Shown here: positions 1 to 9,932 of the stretch, one piece after another
Numbering within the stretch: position 1 is the stretch's first letter
How the letters are laid out: each line of letters opens with the position of its first letter
Assembly: GCA_027451665.1 (NCBI GenBank)
Contig: DAIDIW010000002.1
Coordinates: 212,254-276,253, forward strand
Origin: Candidatus Kaiserbacteria bacterium
GTDB taxonomy: Bacteria > Patescibacteriota > Minisyncoccia > Phycocordibacterales > Phycocordibacteraceae
DNA: 64,000 nt
Direction of reading: 5' to 3'
Notes under the pieces: model-generated
What the model saw: only the letters and a program-made list of their open reading frames with translations
Told to the model about the DNA's origin: nothing
Databases searched by the model: none
Translations under genes and position numbers: made by a program

Positions 1-574
1 GCGCTGATAGGACTTCGGCTGAGTGCTCGTACGCGGAGGATGCCTTCTCCTTCGCACTCTTTCCGCCTTTCTGGGCGCCTTCGATGAGCTCCGCAAGCTT
101 CGTTCGCCACTCCTTCTTTGTCCGATATTCAGAACCCTCGCCCGTGTGCAAGGAGCTATCCAAGACCTGAAAATAGCCCCGTTCCTCAACGGGCGGCAAG
201 CTCGCGTTCGGCTGTATACCATCTTCAGGTTCAGCGTCGGCTCCCGGCCCGCCAGCGCTACTCGCGAGCGACTCATTCTCCTTTCCGGCGCGCTCCCTAC
301 CGGGAGAAAGACGCATGGCGTCGTTAAGTGACGCATTCGGCGATTCATCGGCATCGTTTTCCTCATTGCTCAATGCGGTCTGCCCCGCAATCTCACTGGG
401 AACCGCTTGCGTCTCCTCCTCGTGCGGAACGGCTTTATCGTGCTCGGGAGCATGCCCTTCCTCGCTTGTCGCTACCAGTTCGGCGTCCTCAGCCGTAGCG
501 CGCATCCTATCCCATTTCCCTCTCGGGTCGCGTACCGCCTTGGGGCTTCCACCCGACTTCGGAGGAACATCCAT
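1..574 (-). CDS. Partial hypothetical protein (acidic, low complexity), runs off the window edge
   Basis: Manual translation from ATG at 574 (MDVPPKSGGSPKAVRDPRGKWDRM...) stays open to position 1; directly downstream of the ATPase gene on the same strand. Confidence 0.6.
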   Translation of the reverse strand, partial: MDVPPKSGGSPKAVRDPRGKWDRMRATAEDAELVATSEEGHAPEHDKAVPHEEETQAVPSEIAGQTALSNEENDADESPNASLNDAMRLSPGRERAGKENESLASSAGGPGADAEPEDGIQPNASLPPVEERGYFQVLDSSLHTGEGSEYRTKKEWRTKLAELIEGAQKGGKSAKEKASSAYEHSAEVLSA

Positions 575-585
575 GCGGTTATTCT

Positions 586-3366
586 TCATACGCGTGCGTG
601 CGAGAGATACCGCTCGCGAATCATGTTTTCAACGGTAGCACGGTCGCGTCCGTAGGTCAGCATTGAAAGCTGGATAAGGTCTTCAACCTGCGCACCGTTG
701 CCCTCCGGCAGATCCGCAGTGCGCATATCGAACGGTTTCTGCGGCACGCCCTGCGCAAGGAGACGCAAAAGCGCGTGACGATTCTCGAGATTGACGAAGT
801 CAGACGCGCCGAACACCGGCGCGAATTGCTTTGCGAAGAATTCCGCGTCGTCCTCACCCACCCGGAAGACCGCCATGTTGCCCACGTTGCCGAAGACCGC
901 ATCACGCACCTTCTCGTCGATCTGCGCGAGGAACTGGTGGGCCATCGTAAGCGAAAGCTTATATTTTCGGGCCTCAGAGAGAATACCGGGTATAGAGTCA
1001 GTCGTGATGTTTTGGAACTCGTCGATATACAGATAGAACGGTGGAAAGGAAGCCCCGGGAGAATCAGCGCGAGAGAGCGCCGCCATGAAGAGCTTGCCAA
1101 CGATGATGAGCCCGAGGAGATTGGCGTTGCGTTCTCCCAGGCGGCCCTTAGAGAGATTCACAAGCAGTATCTTCTTCGTATCCATGACGTCACGGAACCG
1201 GAACGACGACTCCTGCTGACCAACGATTGGGCGTATGAAATCATTTGCGGTAAAATCATCGAACTTGTTAGTGATGTAGGGCACTATATTCTCCAACGCC
1301 GCGTCTCCGCCTGCTTTCGTCGCAATGTCTGTCCAGAATTGATTCACGATGGGATTCATCGAGCGCGAGAGCTTCAGTCTGCGGAATTCGCTATTGCTCA
1401 AGACCCGAGCGATGTCGAGGATGGTCGAGCCCGACAACGGATCCTCCATTACGAGCATGGTCGCATTACGAAAATACTGCTCGAAGGCGGGACCCATGGA
1501 CTCCGGGACGTCTCCATAGAGGCGCCGGAAGATCATGAGCAGTTCGTTCACGATAAACGTCTTCTGCTCCGGCCTCGAGAGATCGTACTCAAGAAAATTG
1601 AGACCGAAGGGGCGTGAGATATCCGCGGGATCAAAATAGATGACATCGTTATAACGCTCCGGCGGGACGGCCGCGAGCACATCGAATATGTCGTTCCCGT
1701 GCGGGTCAATAAAGCAGCAGCCCTCCCCTGCTTGAATATCCTGCACGATCATACCTTTCAGGAATCCCGTTTTCCCCGCCCCAGTCTGTCCGATCGCGTA
1801 TAGGTGGCGTAGACGATCCTCTCGCGCAAGCCGTACGGACGTACGAGCGCCGCGGAACTCGTTGTAGCCGAGGAGAACGCCCTCAGCAGGCAGCGTGAGC
1901 GGCGGTGCCGCACGCGGCGTACGCGATTGCCTCAGATGCGGCGCCGACGCCATGCCCTCCGGCGGGAAGTGGTACAAGCTCGTCACCTCGCGCAGGGAAA
2001 GCGGGAGCGCGTGCGGATCCGGCACGCGAAATGAGAAGTCCTCGAGTACACTCGACGCACGCCGTGCCGGAATGCGCTCGAATACGAGCCGATTGCCGGT
2101 CGTATTTGCAAACTGGTTGAAAGAGGCTTCCAGATCGCCAAGCACCTGTTCTGCGCGCGACGGGTCCTTCGAAGAAACGGCGAGACGTATGGTCGTTCCT
2201 ACGATCGGCGTAGTGATCTTCTTCTCTACCTGTTGCGCATACGTCTTATTGGCCTCTACCTGACGGGTCTCCGCTTCCTTCGCCCTCTGTTCATCCTTTG
2301 GTTTGCTCGAGAACAACGTACGCCCGAAGTCGCGGAGCACCTCACCGGCAATCGTTTCTGGCGTCGTGAGCGCTGCCTGGTGGTGTTCGCCCTTACGTAG
2401 CGCCTGGAGGATCTTCGTGTAGTGCGCAACGTGGCGCTGCCCGCGCGGCTCGATGATGAGCTGCAGTGCGGCGCCTTCTCCCACGTGCTCGATCTTCGCG
2501 AATGCATTCGTAATCGCGTTCAACGGGTCATAGTCGAAATCTGTATAATCTTTGAGCGGTAGCGCGGGACTCTCAGCGAGTCGCGCAACCGCGCCGGCGA
2601 ACACGCCGTCCTCGGTAAAAATGTTGTAGTCATTCGGTTGTTGAACGAGATGCGCATCCGGAAAGATAGCCAGGAGCTGCTTCTCGAAGAGGTCGCGCTT
2701 GCCGTTCGGTATGGCCGCATAGAATTGGAGCTCTGCCCCTTCGGCGGGAACGGCAAGCTCGAGCGCAAAGTATGCGGGCTCGCCGGCCGAAGCGTGCGCA
2801 ACGGCAAGCAGTCCCGCGTAAAACTGCTCCATAGCCGACACGAGCTCCTTCAAGGTCTTTTCCCGCGCCCCGGGCGCGGGCGCCTCGAGCGCAGGGAGCG
2901 CGATCTCATAGAGCGTCATGTGGAGCGCCCTGAAGCGCGGCGCCGTCTGATCGATGCCCGCGACCGGAAGACCGGCGGCCAGATAACGAACGAGGAAGCG
3001 ATGGAAGTCGTCGCCGACTTTCGGATCATTGAGCCGTTCGGCCACGGAAAGCGCGTTCTTGACGCCCTTCTGCTCCATGGTACGGATGAGGTCGCGGACG
3101 GCGACCTCGCTGCCGCCCAGATTGAGGGACACGACGATACGTGACGCCGCATCGTCCTGCGCGGACGCTTCAAGCGCGTAGCGTTCATCGAGAATCGTGC
3201 TCGGCGTCGCTGCATGCGCCCTGATGCGTTCTGAGATGATCTGCGCGCGCGCTTCGGGTCCGACGGCTCCCTCGCGCGCAGCAAGCTGCGCTTCCTTCTG
3301 CGCGATTTGCTCGCGCAAGTACGCTATCTCTTCCTCCGGCGTCGTAAGTGTCGGGGCCCATTCCAT
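586..3366 (-). CDS. VirD4/TraG/HerA-like P-loop ATPase (type IV coupling-protein-like, CPR type)
   Basis: Walker A GQTGAGKT, FIDPHG, Walker B LYIDEFQN, SEARKY and AHQFLAQ motifs; start placed at ATG 3366 (MEWAPT). Confidence 0.88.
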   Translation of the reverse strand: MEWAPTLTTPEEEIAYLREQIAQKEAQLAAREGAVGPEARAQIISERIRAHAATPSTILDERYALEASAQDDAASRIVVSLNLGGSEVAVRDLIRTMEQKGVKNALSVAERLNDPKVGDDFHRFLVRYLAAGLPVAGIDQTAPRFRALHMTLYEIALPALEAPAPGAREKTLKELVSAMEQFYAGLLAVAHASAGEPAYFALELAVPAEGAELQFYAAIPNGKRDLFEKQLLAIFPDAHLVQQPNDYNIFTEDGVFAGAVARLAESPALPLKDYTDFDYDPLNAITNAFAKIEHVGEGAALQLIIEPRGQRHVAHYTKILQALRKGEHHQAALTTPETIAGEVLRDFGRTLFSSKPKDEQRAKEAETRQVEANKTYAQQVEKKITTPIVGTTIRLAVSSKDPSRAEQVLGDLEASFNQFANTTGNRLVFERIPARRASSVLEDFSFRVPDPHALPLSLREVTSLYHFPPEGMASAPHLRQSRTPRAAPPLTLPAEGVLLGYNEFRGARTSVRLAREDRLRHLYAIGQTGAGKTGFLKGMIVQDIQAGEGCCFIDPHGNDIFDVLAAVPPERYNDVIYFDPADISRPFGLNFLEYDLSRPEQKTFIVNELLMIFRRLYGDVPESMGPAFEQYFRNATMLVMEDPLSGSTILDIARVLSNSEFRRLKLSRSMNPIVNQFWTDIATKAGGDAALENIVPYITNKFDDFTANDFIRPIVGQQESSFRFRDVMDTKKILLVNLSKGRLGERNANLLGLIIVGKLFMAALSRADSPGASFPPFYLYIDEFQNITTDSIPGILSEARKYKLSLTMAHQFLAQIDEKVRDAVFGNVGNMAVFRVGEDDAEFFAKQFAPVFGASDFVNLENRHALLRLLAQGVPQKPFDMRTADLPEGNGAQVEDLIQLSMLTYGRDRATVENMIRERYLSHARV

Positions 3367-3443
3367 AGAACGATTGTACCAATGAACGGCGCAAGAAACC
3401 GCGCAATCCACGCGTAGTGCGTTTGCTGCTACACTAGGGGCGA

Positions 3444-4061
3444 ATGAGCCAGTTCCTCTACGCATGCCTTCAATTCAACCCGCTAGCGATCGTGCAGGCC
3501 GGCGGCTATCTCGGGATCATTGCGTTCGTATTCGCTGAGTCGGGACTTATGATCGGCATCTTCTTGCCGGGCGATTCGCTCTTGTTCGCTGCCGGACTCG
3601 TTGCCGGTGGCGGCTTTCTTTCCTACCCCCTCCTGCTCGGAGCAGCCCTCCTCGCGGCTATCGCTGGCGATTCGGTCGGTTATTGGTTCGGCCGAAATGT
3701 GGGCGTGAATTTCTTCCGACGGGAGGAATCCCTCTTTTTCAAGCGTTCGTACGTCGCGCGCACGCGCGCGTTCTACAAGGCGTATGGCGGGCGGGCAGTA
3801 GTCCTCGCACGGTTTGTACCGGTAATACGGACAGTCGCCCCGATTATGGCGGGCATCGGCAAGATGCGCTACGGCCGATTCCTCGCCTATAACGCGGCCG
3901 GTGGTCTGTTCTGGACTGCGGGCATGATTTCGTTCGGCTATTTCCTCGGCGCCACACTTCCCAACAGCGAACGCTATGTGCTTCCGCTTTCACTCGGGAT
4001 TATTATGATTTCATTCCTGCCACTTGCCTGGAGTCTCGTTAGACGGCGCGCGCTCGCCTAA
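3444..4061 (+). CDS. dedA: DedA/VTT family membrane protein
   Basis: FAESGL...FLPGDSLL and ARFVPVIRT motifs. Confidence 0.92.
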   Translation: MSQFLYACLQFNPLAIVQAGGYLGIIAFVFAESGLMIGIFLPGDSLLFAAGLVAGGGFLSYPLLLGAALLAAIAGDSVGYWFGRNVGVNFFRREESLFFKRSYVARTRAFYKAYGGRAVVLARFVPVIRTVAPIMAGIGKMRYGRFLAYNAAGGLFWTAGMISFGYFLGATLPNSERYVLPLSLGIIMISFLPLAWSLVRRRALA

Positions 4062-4327
4062 AGTCCGAGCATCTGTAGTACGGATGCCGTAGGGGTGGTT
4101 TGGTGCAGCACGCTCGTTGGTAGCGTCATGAGCGAGTTGTAGGTGCCGGCGGTAGCGTTCAAGAAATACGGGATCGCGAATACGAGTCCGATGAGTGGCA
4201 CTACGAAGAGCACGATCGTGATAACGCCCGTCCAAAAGAGATACTGCTGCGCACGGTGCGCAGCTCTATACGCTGCGTCCACCTTCTGTTCTATCTCCTC
4301 GAGCTTCGCCTTGAGTTCAGGATCCAT
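4058..4327 (-). CDS. Small hypothetical membrane protein
   Basis: 89-aa ORF with N-terminal coiled coil then a hydrophobic segment; packed against neighbours. Confidence 0.7.
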   Translation of the reverse strand: MDPELKAKLEEIEQKVDAAYRAAHRAQQYLFWTGVITIVLFVVPLIGLVFAIPYFLNATAGTYNSLMTLPTSVLHQTTPTASVLQMLGL

Positions 4328-4329
4328 GC

Positions 4330-4662
4330 TTAGACACGCCAGATGGAGAACACCCAGTTCACGATCGAAAGCACAATCGCAAAGAAGAACGCCGGCCAGA
4401 AACCGGAGACCGCAAATCCCGGCACGACAACCGCCGCGAGCAAGACAAGAAGCGCGTTGATCACGAGCGTAAAGAGGCCAAGCGTGAGGATCGTGAGTGG
4501 AAGCGTGAGCAGAAAGATGAGCGGACGCACGAGGAGGTTCAGAGCGCCGAGCACGACGGCCGTGATGAGCGCTCCCGTTATCGTGACGGAAACCCCCGGG
4601 ATGAGGTACGCGGCCACGCCGATGGCGACTGCCGATACGAGCCAGTGGAAGAAAAGTCTCAT
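4330..4662 (-). CDS. 4-TM phage-holin-like (YvlD) membrane protein
   Basis: LGALNLLVRPLIFLLTLPLTILTLGLFTLVINAL signature. Confidence 0.9.
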   Translation of the reverse strand: MRLFFHWLVSAVAIGVAAYLIPGVSVTITGALITAVVLGALNLLVRPLIFLLTLPLTILTLGLFTLVINALLVLLAAVVVPGFAVSGFWPAFFFAIVLSIVNWVFSIWRV

Positions 4663-4723
4663 GCGGGTAATGCTAGCACGACCGGGCCGCCTACTCCGGT
4701 CGTGCTACGCGCCATCGGGCGTC

Positions 4724-5419
4724 CTACGCGAGGTGATCCGCAAGGAAAGCGTCGGCGAGCGCCCACGCTTCGTTCGCCGAGGTCTTGTGATAGTGCGCTC
4801 CCACGTCGCGCGCAAAGGCATGATCAGCCTCCGAAAACGTCACATCTACGAACGGTTTGCTCGCGTTAGCCAGCGCATCAGCGACCGCGCGCGTCTTCTC
4901 AACGAGAATGTGTGCATCCTTCCCACCCCAAAAGAAAAGCTGTGGACCTGAAAGCGCGTCCACACGATCGAGAAGCTGCTCACTGATACCGCCACCGTAG
5001 AACGAGACAGCGCATGCAAGCGGCAGCGTAGCATTCGCGAGGAAGCTCGCACGGCCGCCCATGCAGAATCCGAGCGCCGCGATTTTCCCCTTCGGCGCTC
5101 CCTCTCGCACGAGAAGATCGTAGGACGCCTTCAAATCGACCTCCTGACCTTCGAGCGTAAGCGCCGCCATGTGCGGTTTAACCTGCTCGAAATCATCATA
5201 TGAGAACGCCGCGCCGACCTCTGCCGATCGATGGAATACTTCGGGCGCCACGGCGAGATATCCCGCTGCGGTAAATCGCGCCGTCATGCGCTCAATGTAG
5301 TCGGTCACGCCGAACGCCTCCTGAATCACGATGATGCCTGCCTTCGGCGCGCCCTCGGGACGCGCGACGTGGACCTGCATCTCCGTCCCATCTGTTACCT
5401 GAATCGTCATTAGTTCCAT
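4724..5419 (-). CDS. Dienelactone hydrolase family protein
   Basis: IQEAFG, GFCMGG nucleophile elbow, ADHAF. Confidence 0.92.
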   Translation of the reverse strand: MELMTIQVTDGTEMQVHVARPEGAPKAGIIVIQEAFGVTDYIERMTARFTAAGYLAVAPEVFHRSAEVGAAFSYDDFEQVKPHMAALTLEGQEVDLKASYDLLVREGAPKGKIAALGFCMGGRASFLANATLPLACAVSFYGGGISEQLLDRVDALSGPQLFFWGGKDAHILVEKTRAVADALANASKPFVDVTFSEADHAFARDVGAHYHKTSANEAWALADAFLADHLA

Positions 5420-5467
5420 ATCTACGTACTATACCGCGGATGCCGGTGAGCCTGCTGTGAATACCGT

Positions 5468-6193
5468 TCAGCCGGCGAGATGGACGACCGCATAGAGAAC
5501 CCCTGCGCCGAGGAGCGTGAGCACCGTTGTAAGGACGCGCGGATGCCGGTGATGGCTCTCGGGGATGAGGTCGCTCGCGGAAAGATACAGGAAGCTCCCT
5601 ACGAATACGGCGAGTACGAGCCCTATCGCCTGTTCCGGGATCGCAAAAAATAGCGTCGATGCGGCGCCAAGTACCGGCGCAAACGCATCTGCGAAAAGCC
5701 ACCGCGAGGCAAGCTTCCATGATCCGTGATTGCGCAGCACGAGGCTCACCGTATTTATGCCATCGGAGAAATCATGTGTAAGAACCGCGGCAGTGACAAC
5801 AAGGCCGATCGCTGCGGACGCTTGGAAGCCGAGGCCGATCGCAACGCCGTCGAGGAAGCTATGCAGGGAGAGCGTAAGCGCGCCGAATGCGCCGCGCGAG
5901 GAGTGGGAATGCTCAACATGCGTTTCATCATCGTGCGAATGAAGCAATATGAGGCGATCGAGGATGAGATAGCCGAAAAGGCCGCTTGCGATAAAGAGCG
6001 CGACCGTGTCTGGCGTGTGGTAGCGCGTTCCGAGACTGATCGCTTCAGGCAAGAGATCAAAAAGCGCGACACCCGCCACAGCACCCGCGGCAAAGCCGAG
6101 GATGAGATGAAGTTTGTCACGAAACTTAAGCGCAAAGGTTCCGCCGATGAAGGTTGCAAGGAATGCGGCAAACGCGTAGGCGAGTACGATCAT
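5468..6193 (-). CDS. ZIP family metal transporter
   Basis: LHSFLDGVAIG, HDFSDG, His-rich loop, DLIPESH. Confidence 0.9.
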   Translation of the reverse strand: MIVLAYAFAAFLATFIGGTFALKFRDKLHLILGFAAGAVAGVALFDLLPEAISLGTRYHTPDTVALFIASGLFGYLILDRLILLHSHDDETHVEHSHSSRGAFGALTLSLHSFLDGVAIGLGFQASAAIGLVVTAAVLTHDFSDGINTVSLVLRNHGSWKLASRWLFADAFAPVLGAASTLFFAIPEQAIGLVLAVFVGSFLYLSASDLIPESHHRHPRVLTTVLTLLGAGVLYAVVHLAG

Positions 6194-6207
6194 GACGTCA
6201 TAATAGC

Positions 6208-6654
6208 CTAAAATCGGAGCGGCTTCACCGGCGTCATGATTGCGTTCGGGTCGCGCCTCCAGTCGTCCCGCACGTCCGCGTAAAGCTCGAGCTCGTTACC
6301 GTCAGGGTCGAGGACGTAGATGCTGTGCGTGACCTGGTGGTCAGCCGTCCCGACGATAAGTACACCCTTCTTATGCAACTCCTCGTATGCCGCCTTCGCA
6401 GCGGCAGGTCCGTCGCCTATCTTGAAGCCGATATGATAGAGGCCCGGTCGCATCTCGTGAGCGCGCGCAGGTGACCTCGGCGCCCCGCCCACTTCGATGA
6501 GCAGCAATTCGTGATGCGTGCGGCCACCTGAGAAAAGCGCCGTTGGCCACTGCCGTACGACCTCCGTAAAGCCGAGGGTATCGCGATAGAAATCCGCCAT
6601 CCGTTCGAGGTCAGTTACGTAGAGCACAACGTGGCCGAGTTCCTGGATTTGCAT
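6208..6654 (-). CDS. VOC/glyoxalase family protein
   Basis: LGHVVLYVTDL, GLYHIGF, DPDGNELEL. Confidence 0.9.
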   Translation of the reverse strand: MQIQELGHVVLYVTDLERMADFYRDTLGFTEVVRQWPTALFSGGRTHHELLLIEVGGAPRSPARAHEMRPGLYHIGFKIGDGPAAAKAAYEELHKKGVLIVGTADHQVTHSIYVLDPDGNELELYADVRDDWRRDPNAIMTPVKPLRF

Positions 6655-6718
6655 ACTCCTACTATACGACACGGCCCGCCAGAGGCTGGCCGTGCACGCC
6701 GGACTCAGGTTCTGAGTA

Positions 6719-7426
6719 TTACTTGTTGAGCTGTGCGTCTATCGCCTGCTGGAACACCGCATACGGTTGCGCGCCGGCGATAAGCTGCGTGCCGATTATG
6801 AACGACGGGGTCGCATTCACGCCCTCCTTCGTACCCTCGGCCTTGTCGTTATTGATGGCCGCGTCGTACGCAGGCTGGTTGGCCTGCACGGCAGCGACAA
6901 TCTTCGTCCAATCGAGACCGGACACCGACTGCGTAGTCTTCTTGAGGAAGGCAAGGTTAGCTGAAGCGCTCAAGCTATTCTCCTGGGGCTGATTGGTGAA
7001 GAGCGCTGTGCGCCACTCGTAATAGAGACTCGGATAAAGACTCCAAATCGCGCGCGCATATTCAGCATCAGTCATGGAATCCGGACCGAGGAACGGGAAG
7101 TCCATGAAGACGACCTTCACCTTTCCCTGATTCACATAATTCTGCACGACTTGTGGAAGCGTCTGCATCTCGAACATCTTGCAGAACGGGCACTGGAAAT
7201 CGCTCCAAAAGGCAATCGTCACCGGCGCGTTCGCCTGGCCGAGGTACGGACTATTCGAAGTATTCACATCAGCAATATTTACTGTGGGCGCGGTCCCGCC
7301 GCCCGGCGTCCCTGCGGCCGAAGGAGTCGCTGGGTGCTGGCCGTTCCAGAGCACAGCGCCCGCTATCAAAATTCCTGCGACGATCACCGATCCCGCGAGG
7401 AAAAGAGGATTATTTCCGTTATTCAT
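6719..7426 (-). CDS. Membrane-anchored DsbA-like thioredoxin-fold protein
   Basis: SDFQCPFC CxxC, ATPSF, GAQPY; N-terminal TM; start at ATG 7426. Confidence 0.9.
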   Translation of the reverse strand: MNNGNNPLFLAGSVIVAGILIAGAVLWNGQHPATPSAAGTPGGGTAPTVNIADVNTSNSPYLGQANAPVTIAFWSDFQCPFCKMFEMQTLPQVVQNYVNQGKVKVVFMDFPFLGPDSMTDAEYARAIWSLYPSLYYEWRTALFTNQPQENSLSASANLAFLKKTTQSVSGLDWTKIVAAVQANQPAYDAAINNDKAEGTKEGVNATPSFIIGTQLIAGAQPYAVFQQAIDAQLNK

Positions 7427-7513
7427 AGCGCAATCATACCATGACGACTCTGATTGCAACGAGCTTGCCCTTCGCGTAGGGTATGACAGGAACACGTTCA
7501 TGAAGGAGCTGCC

Positions 7514-7888
7514 ATGCAACCCGCACCATTCGCCGACGAAGCCGCTGCACTTGCGGAACTTGCGAAGGACGAGGCGGCCGACCGCACCGCCATCCGCGCT
7601 CGCTTTACTGTCCTCCTCACGCAGAGCACGCAGGGCCTCTGGCGGGAGCTCGATCGTGCGGGAGGCGCGCCGAAGACGTTCGCATATATCGTTTCTTGCG
7701 CCGCACGGCTCGAGATTCCAATCGAATGTACGGATCCCGAACTTGGGCTGAAGCGCCACATCTCCTTCCTCGACCTTATTCCTGAAATCGATCGAGGAGC
7801 GTATGTACCCGGCGATATGATACGCATCTGCGCCTGGCTCTCACGGTGGAGCCGTGAGCAGACGAAGACATCACTCGCCTTCCCATGA
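7514..7888 (+). CDS. Hypothetical protein
   Basis: 124-aa ORF preceded by AAGGAG Shine-Dalgarno; fills the gap between dsbA-like and MGMT genes. Confidence 0.6.
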   Translation: MQPAPFADEAAALAELAKDEAADRTAIRARFTVLLTQSTQGLWRELDRAGGAPKTFAYIVSCAARLEIPIECTDPELGLKRHISFLDLIPEIDRGAYVPGDMIRICAWLSRWSREQTKTSLAFP

Positions 7889-7952
7889 ACCACAAGCGAG
7901 AGAACTGCTCATAGCGCGGCCTTTAGAGGCCGCGCTTTGCTATCATGCGCAT

Positions 7953-8261
7953 ATGGACATGCGCATGCAGGTATACGATGCAGTTGCGAAGATTCCACGC
8001 GGCAAAGTGGCTACCTATGGCCAGATCGCCCGTATCGTCGGCGCGCCGCAAGCGGCGCGCGCGGTCGGCTATTTCATGCGCACGAATACGGACACCAACC
8101 GAGTTCCCTGCCACAGGGTCGTCGGACATGACGGGGCACTTGTGGGCTACGCCTTCGATGGTGTCGCGGAAAAACGGAAGCTGCTTATCGATGAGGGCGT
8201 CTCCTTCAGAGGACCGCGCGTGAATCTAAGTGTTTCGCTCTGGACGCCCGACCGCACCTAG
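7953..8261 (+). CDS. MGMT family O6-alkylguanine DNA alkyltransferase
   Basis: KIPRGKVATYGQIA, ARAVG and active-site VPCHRVV. Confidence 0.92.
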   Translation: MDMRMQVYDAVAKIPRGKVATYGQIARIVGAPQAARAVGYFMRTNTDTNRVPCHRVVGHDGALVGYAFDGVAEKRKLLIDEGVSFRGPRVNLSVSLWTPDRT

Positions 8262-8278
8262 CACTCGGAGCATATGCG

Positions 8279-9439
8279 CTATTGGTACTGGATGTAAATG
8301 GGCGTCGGCGTCAAGCCAAGCACTTCGCTCGTCGTGAGAAGGCGCGTCGAGGGTGGCTTCAGGTCTGCCTTATAGAAGAGCTTCATACCTGTAAACTGCA
8401 CCGGATAGGGCGCTATCACATGATAATACGTATTGAACTTGCGCGCGGGCTCTCCCCATCCGTCCATATCCATTACAATCTCCACTTGTGGAAGCGGATG
8501 GATGTCTTCGGTATGCGTCACCATGTCGTACGTGAAGCGGTGTACGATGAGGACTTTTGGTGCGAGACGATTCTTGTTCACGATGTTCGCGAGAAACGAT
8601 GCCGCGTAATTTATATCCTGGGCGTCGAATGTTCCGATCACCGTGCCCGGCGCATTCCCGTATTTCATGGAAAACTCGGGGTCGATTGCTAGCTCCACAT
8701 TCGGGAGCGCCAGCCATTTCGCAAGGAGTGGGAGTTCAGCTTGAAGCGTGCTCTTGCCAACCTGCACGTCAAGTATGAGAAGCCCGTGGATCTGATCAGC
8801 CATCGAGAGTGCTTTCTCGATCTGGGTGTCAGGCATCCGGGCGCGCCACATACCATCCGGCCCCGGCTGCCCCTGTGCGACTACCGCGATGTACTGGATC
8901 GCCGGGATGGTAGGCATATTCGGATCAGCTTTCGCCCACATCTCTGAGGTCGATGCAAGCATCGCGAGCAACTCTTCGCGCGGATATTCGCCAAGCACGC
9001 CCATCTGCTTCGAATAGAAATTGCCGTAGTAGGCAACGATACGATGGAACGGTAGGATGGCCCCGCCTTCTGGATACACGGTCGATGCGGGCCACTTCTG
9101 CCCCGGCACCATGACACTCGTGGTCGCCGTCGCGATAGGCTGTTTTCGCGTTATGGTGGAACTGGCCGTCGACGTGCCCACTACCGGTGGCACCATGTAG
9201 TGCGCGAGGTAGAGCATCTTCGCGTTGTAGGCGGTCTTATCGAGTTTCGCGGGCCATGTGGGCGCCTGCGACACTTGTGCGCCCGCGCGCTCGTAGCGAA
9301 TCGGGAATAAGTTAGCGAACACGAGCAGGTAAACGACGAGACACGCAAGCGCGAGCAAGCCCCCGGCCGGGATTACTTTTCGATGCGTCCGTTTTACGTG
9401 CGATTCAGAGTGCGCGCGCTCTTTGTTCTCACGTGTCAT
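8279..9439 (-). CDS. Membrane-anchored secreted protein, possible glycoside-hydrolase-like barrel
   Basis: N-terminal TM; VAYYG...MGVLGE, LILDVQVG, LAIDPEF, DMDGWG motifs of a conserved uncharacterised family. Confidence 0.65.
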   Translation of the reverse strand: MTRENKERAHSESHVKRTHRKVIPAGGLLALACLVVYLLVFANLFPIRYERAGAQVSQAPTWPAKLDKTAYNAKMLYLAHYMVPPVVGTSTASSTITRKQPIATATTSVMVPGQKWPASTVYPEGGAILPFHRIVAYYGNFYSKQMGVLGEYPREELLAMLASTSEMWAKADPNMPTIPAIQYIAVVAQGQPGPDGMWRARMPDTQIEKALSMADQIHGLLILDVQVGKSTLQAELPLLAKWLALPNVELAIDPEFSMKYGNAPGTVIGTFDAQDINYAASFLANIVNKNRLAPKVLIVHRFTYDMVTHTEDIHPLPQVEIVMDMDGWGEPARKFNTYYHVIAPYPVQFTGMKLFYKADLKPPSTRLLTTSEVLGLTPTPIYIQYQ

Positions 9440-9656
9440 GAATGAAGCAATTCTAAGACCTGGCAGGCTAATCCACAAATGAAGACGCACCGCGCAGATT
9501 CACACACGCTACATCATGCGTATGCGAAGGTATCGTCGTGCGACGTGCGGCACCGAGTCTGATCTGCAAAGATCCGATACGTCACGCATGCAGCAGCGGG
9601 CCGGTCGAACGCGTCGCGTAGCAATTACCAGCGTGTAATCGACAACCTTTATCTAT

Positions 9657-9863
9657 ATGTGGCAGCAATGGATAAATGCCATTCTTGGCGTATGGACGAT
9701 CATCGTCCCCTTCCTCGGCTTTACGGCCGCGACCTTTACGTGGGTCCTCGCGATTACTGGTATAGTAATCGCAGTACTTGCAATCTGGGGTGTTGGCGAG
9801 GAATCGACGGAGCGTCAGCATACGGCTGAGCTAGAATACCGTCTGGAGCATCAGCGCAGCTAG
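9657..9863 (+). CDS. SPW-repeat-like small membrane protein
   Basis: WQQWINAILGVWTIIVPFLGF; two TM helices; followed by a terminator. Confidence 0.75.
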   Translation: MWQQWINAILGVWTIIVPFLGFTAATFTWVLAITGIVIAVLAIWGVGEESTERQHTAELEYRLEHQRS

Positions 9864-9880
9864 GTGCGACACACCTCTCC

Positions 9881-9920
9881 AAGAGCGCGGGAGCCGCCGA
9901 AGCGGCTCCCGCGCTCTTTT
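9881..9920. terminator. Intrinsic terminator
   Basis: 17-bp stem aagagcgcgggagccgc/gcggctcccgcgctctt, CGAA loop, T tract; between convergent genes. Confidence 0.85.
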
Positions 9921-9932
9921 CGATCAACTTTG

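Noticed and set aside
4330-4662. Holin-family gene as a sign of a prophage
   Set aside because: YvlD-type proteins are common chromosomal genes and no phage genes flank it
8260-8285. tagcactc resembles half of a CIRCE operator
   Set aside because: Second arm absent and the site lies between converging gene ends
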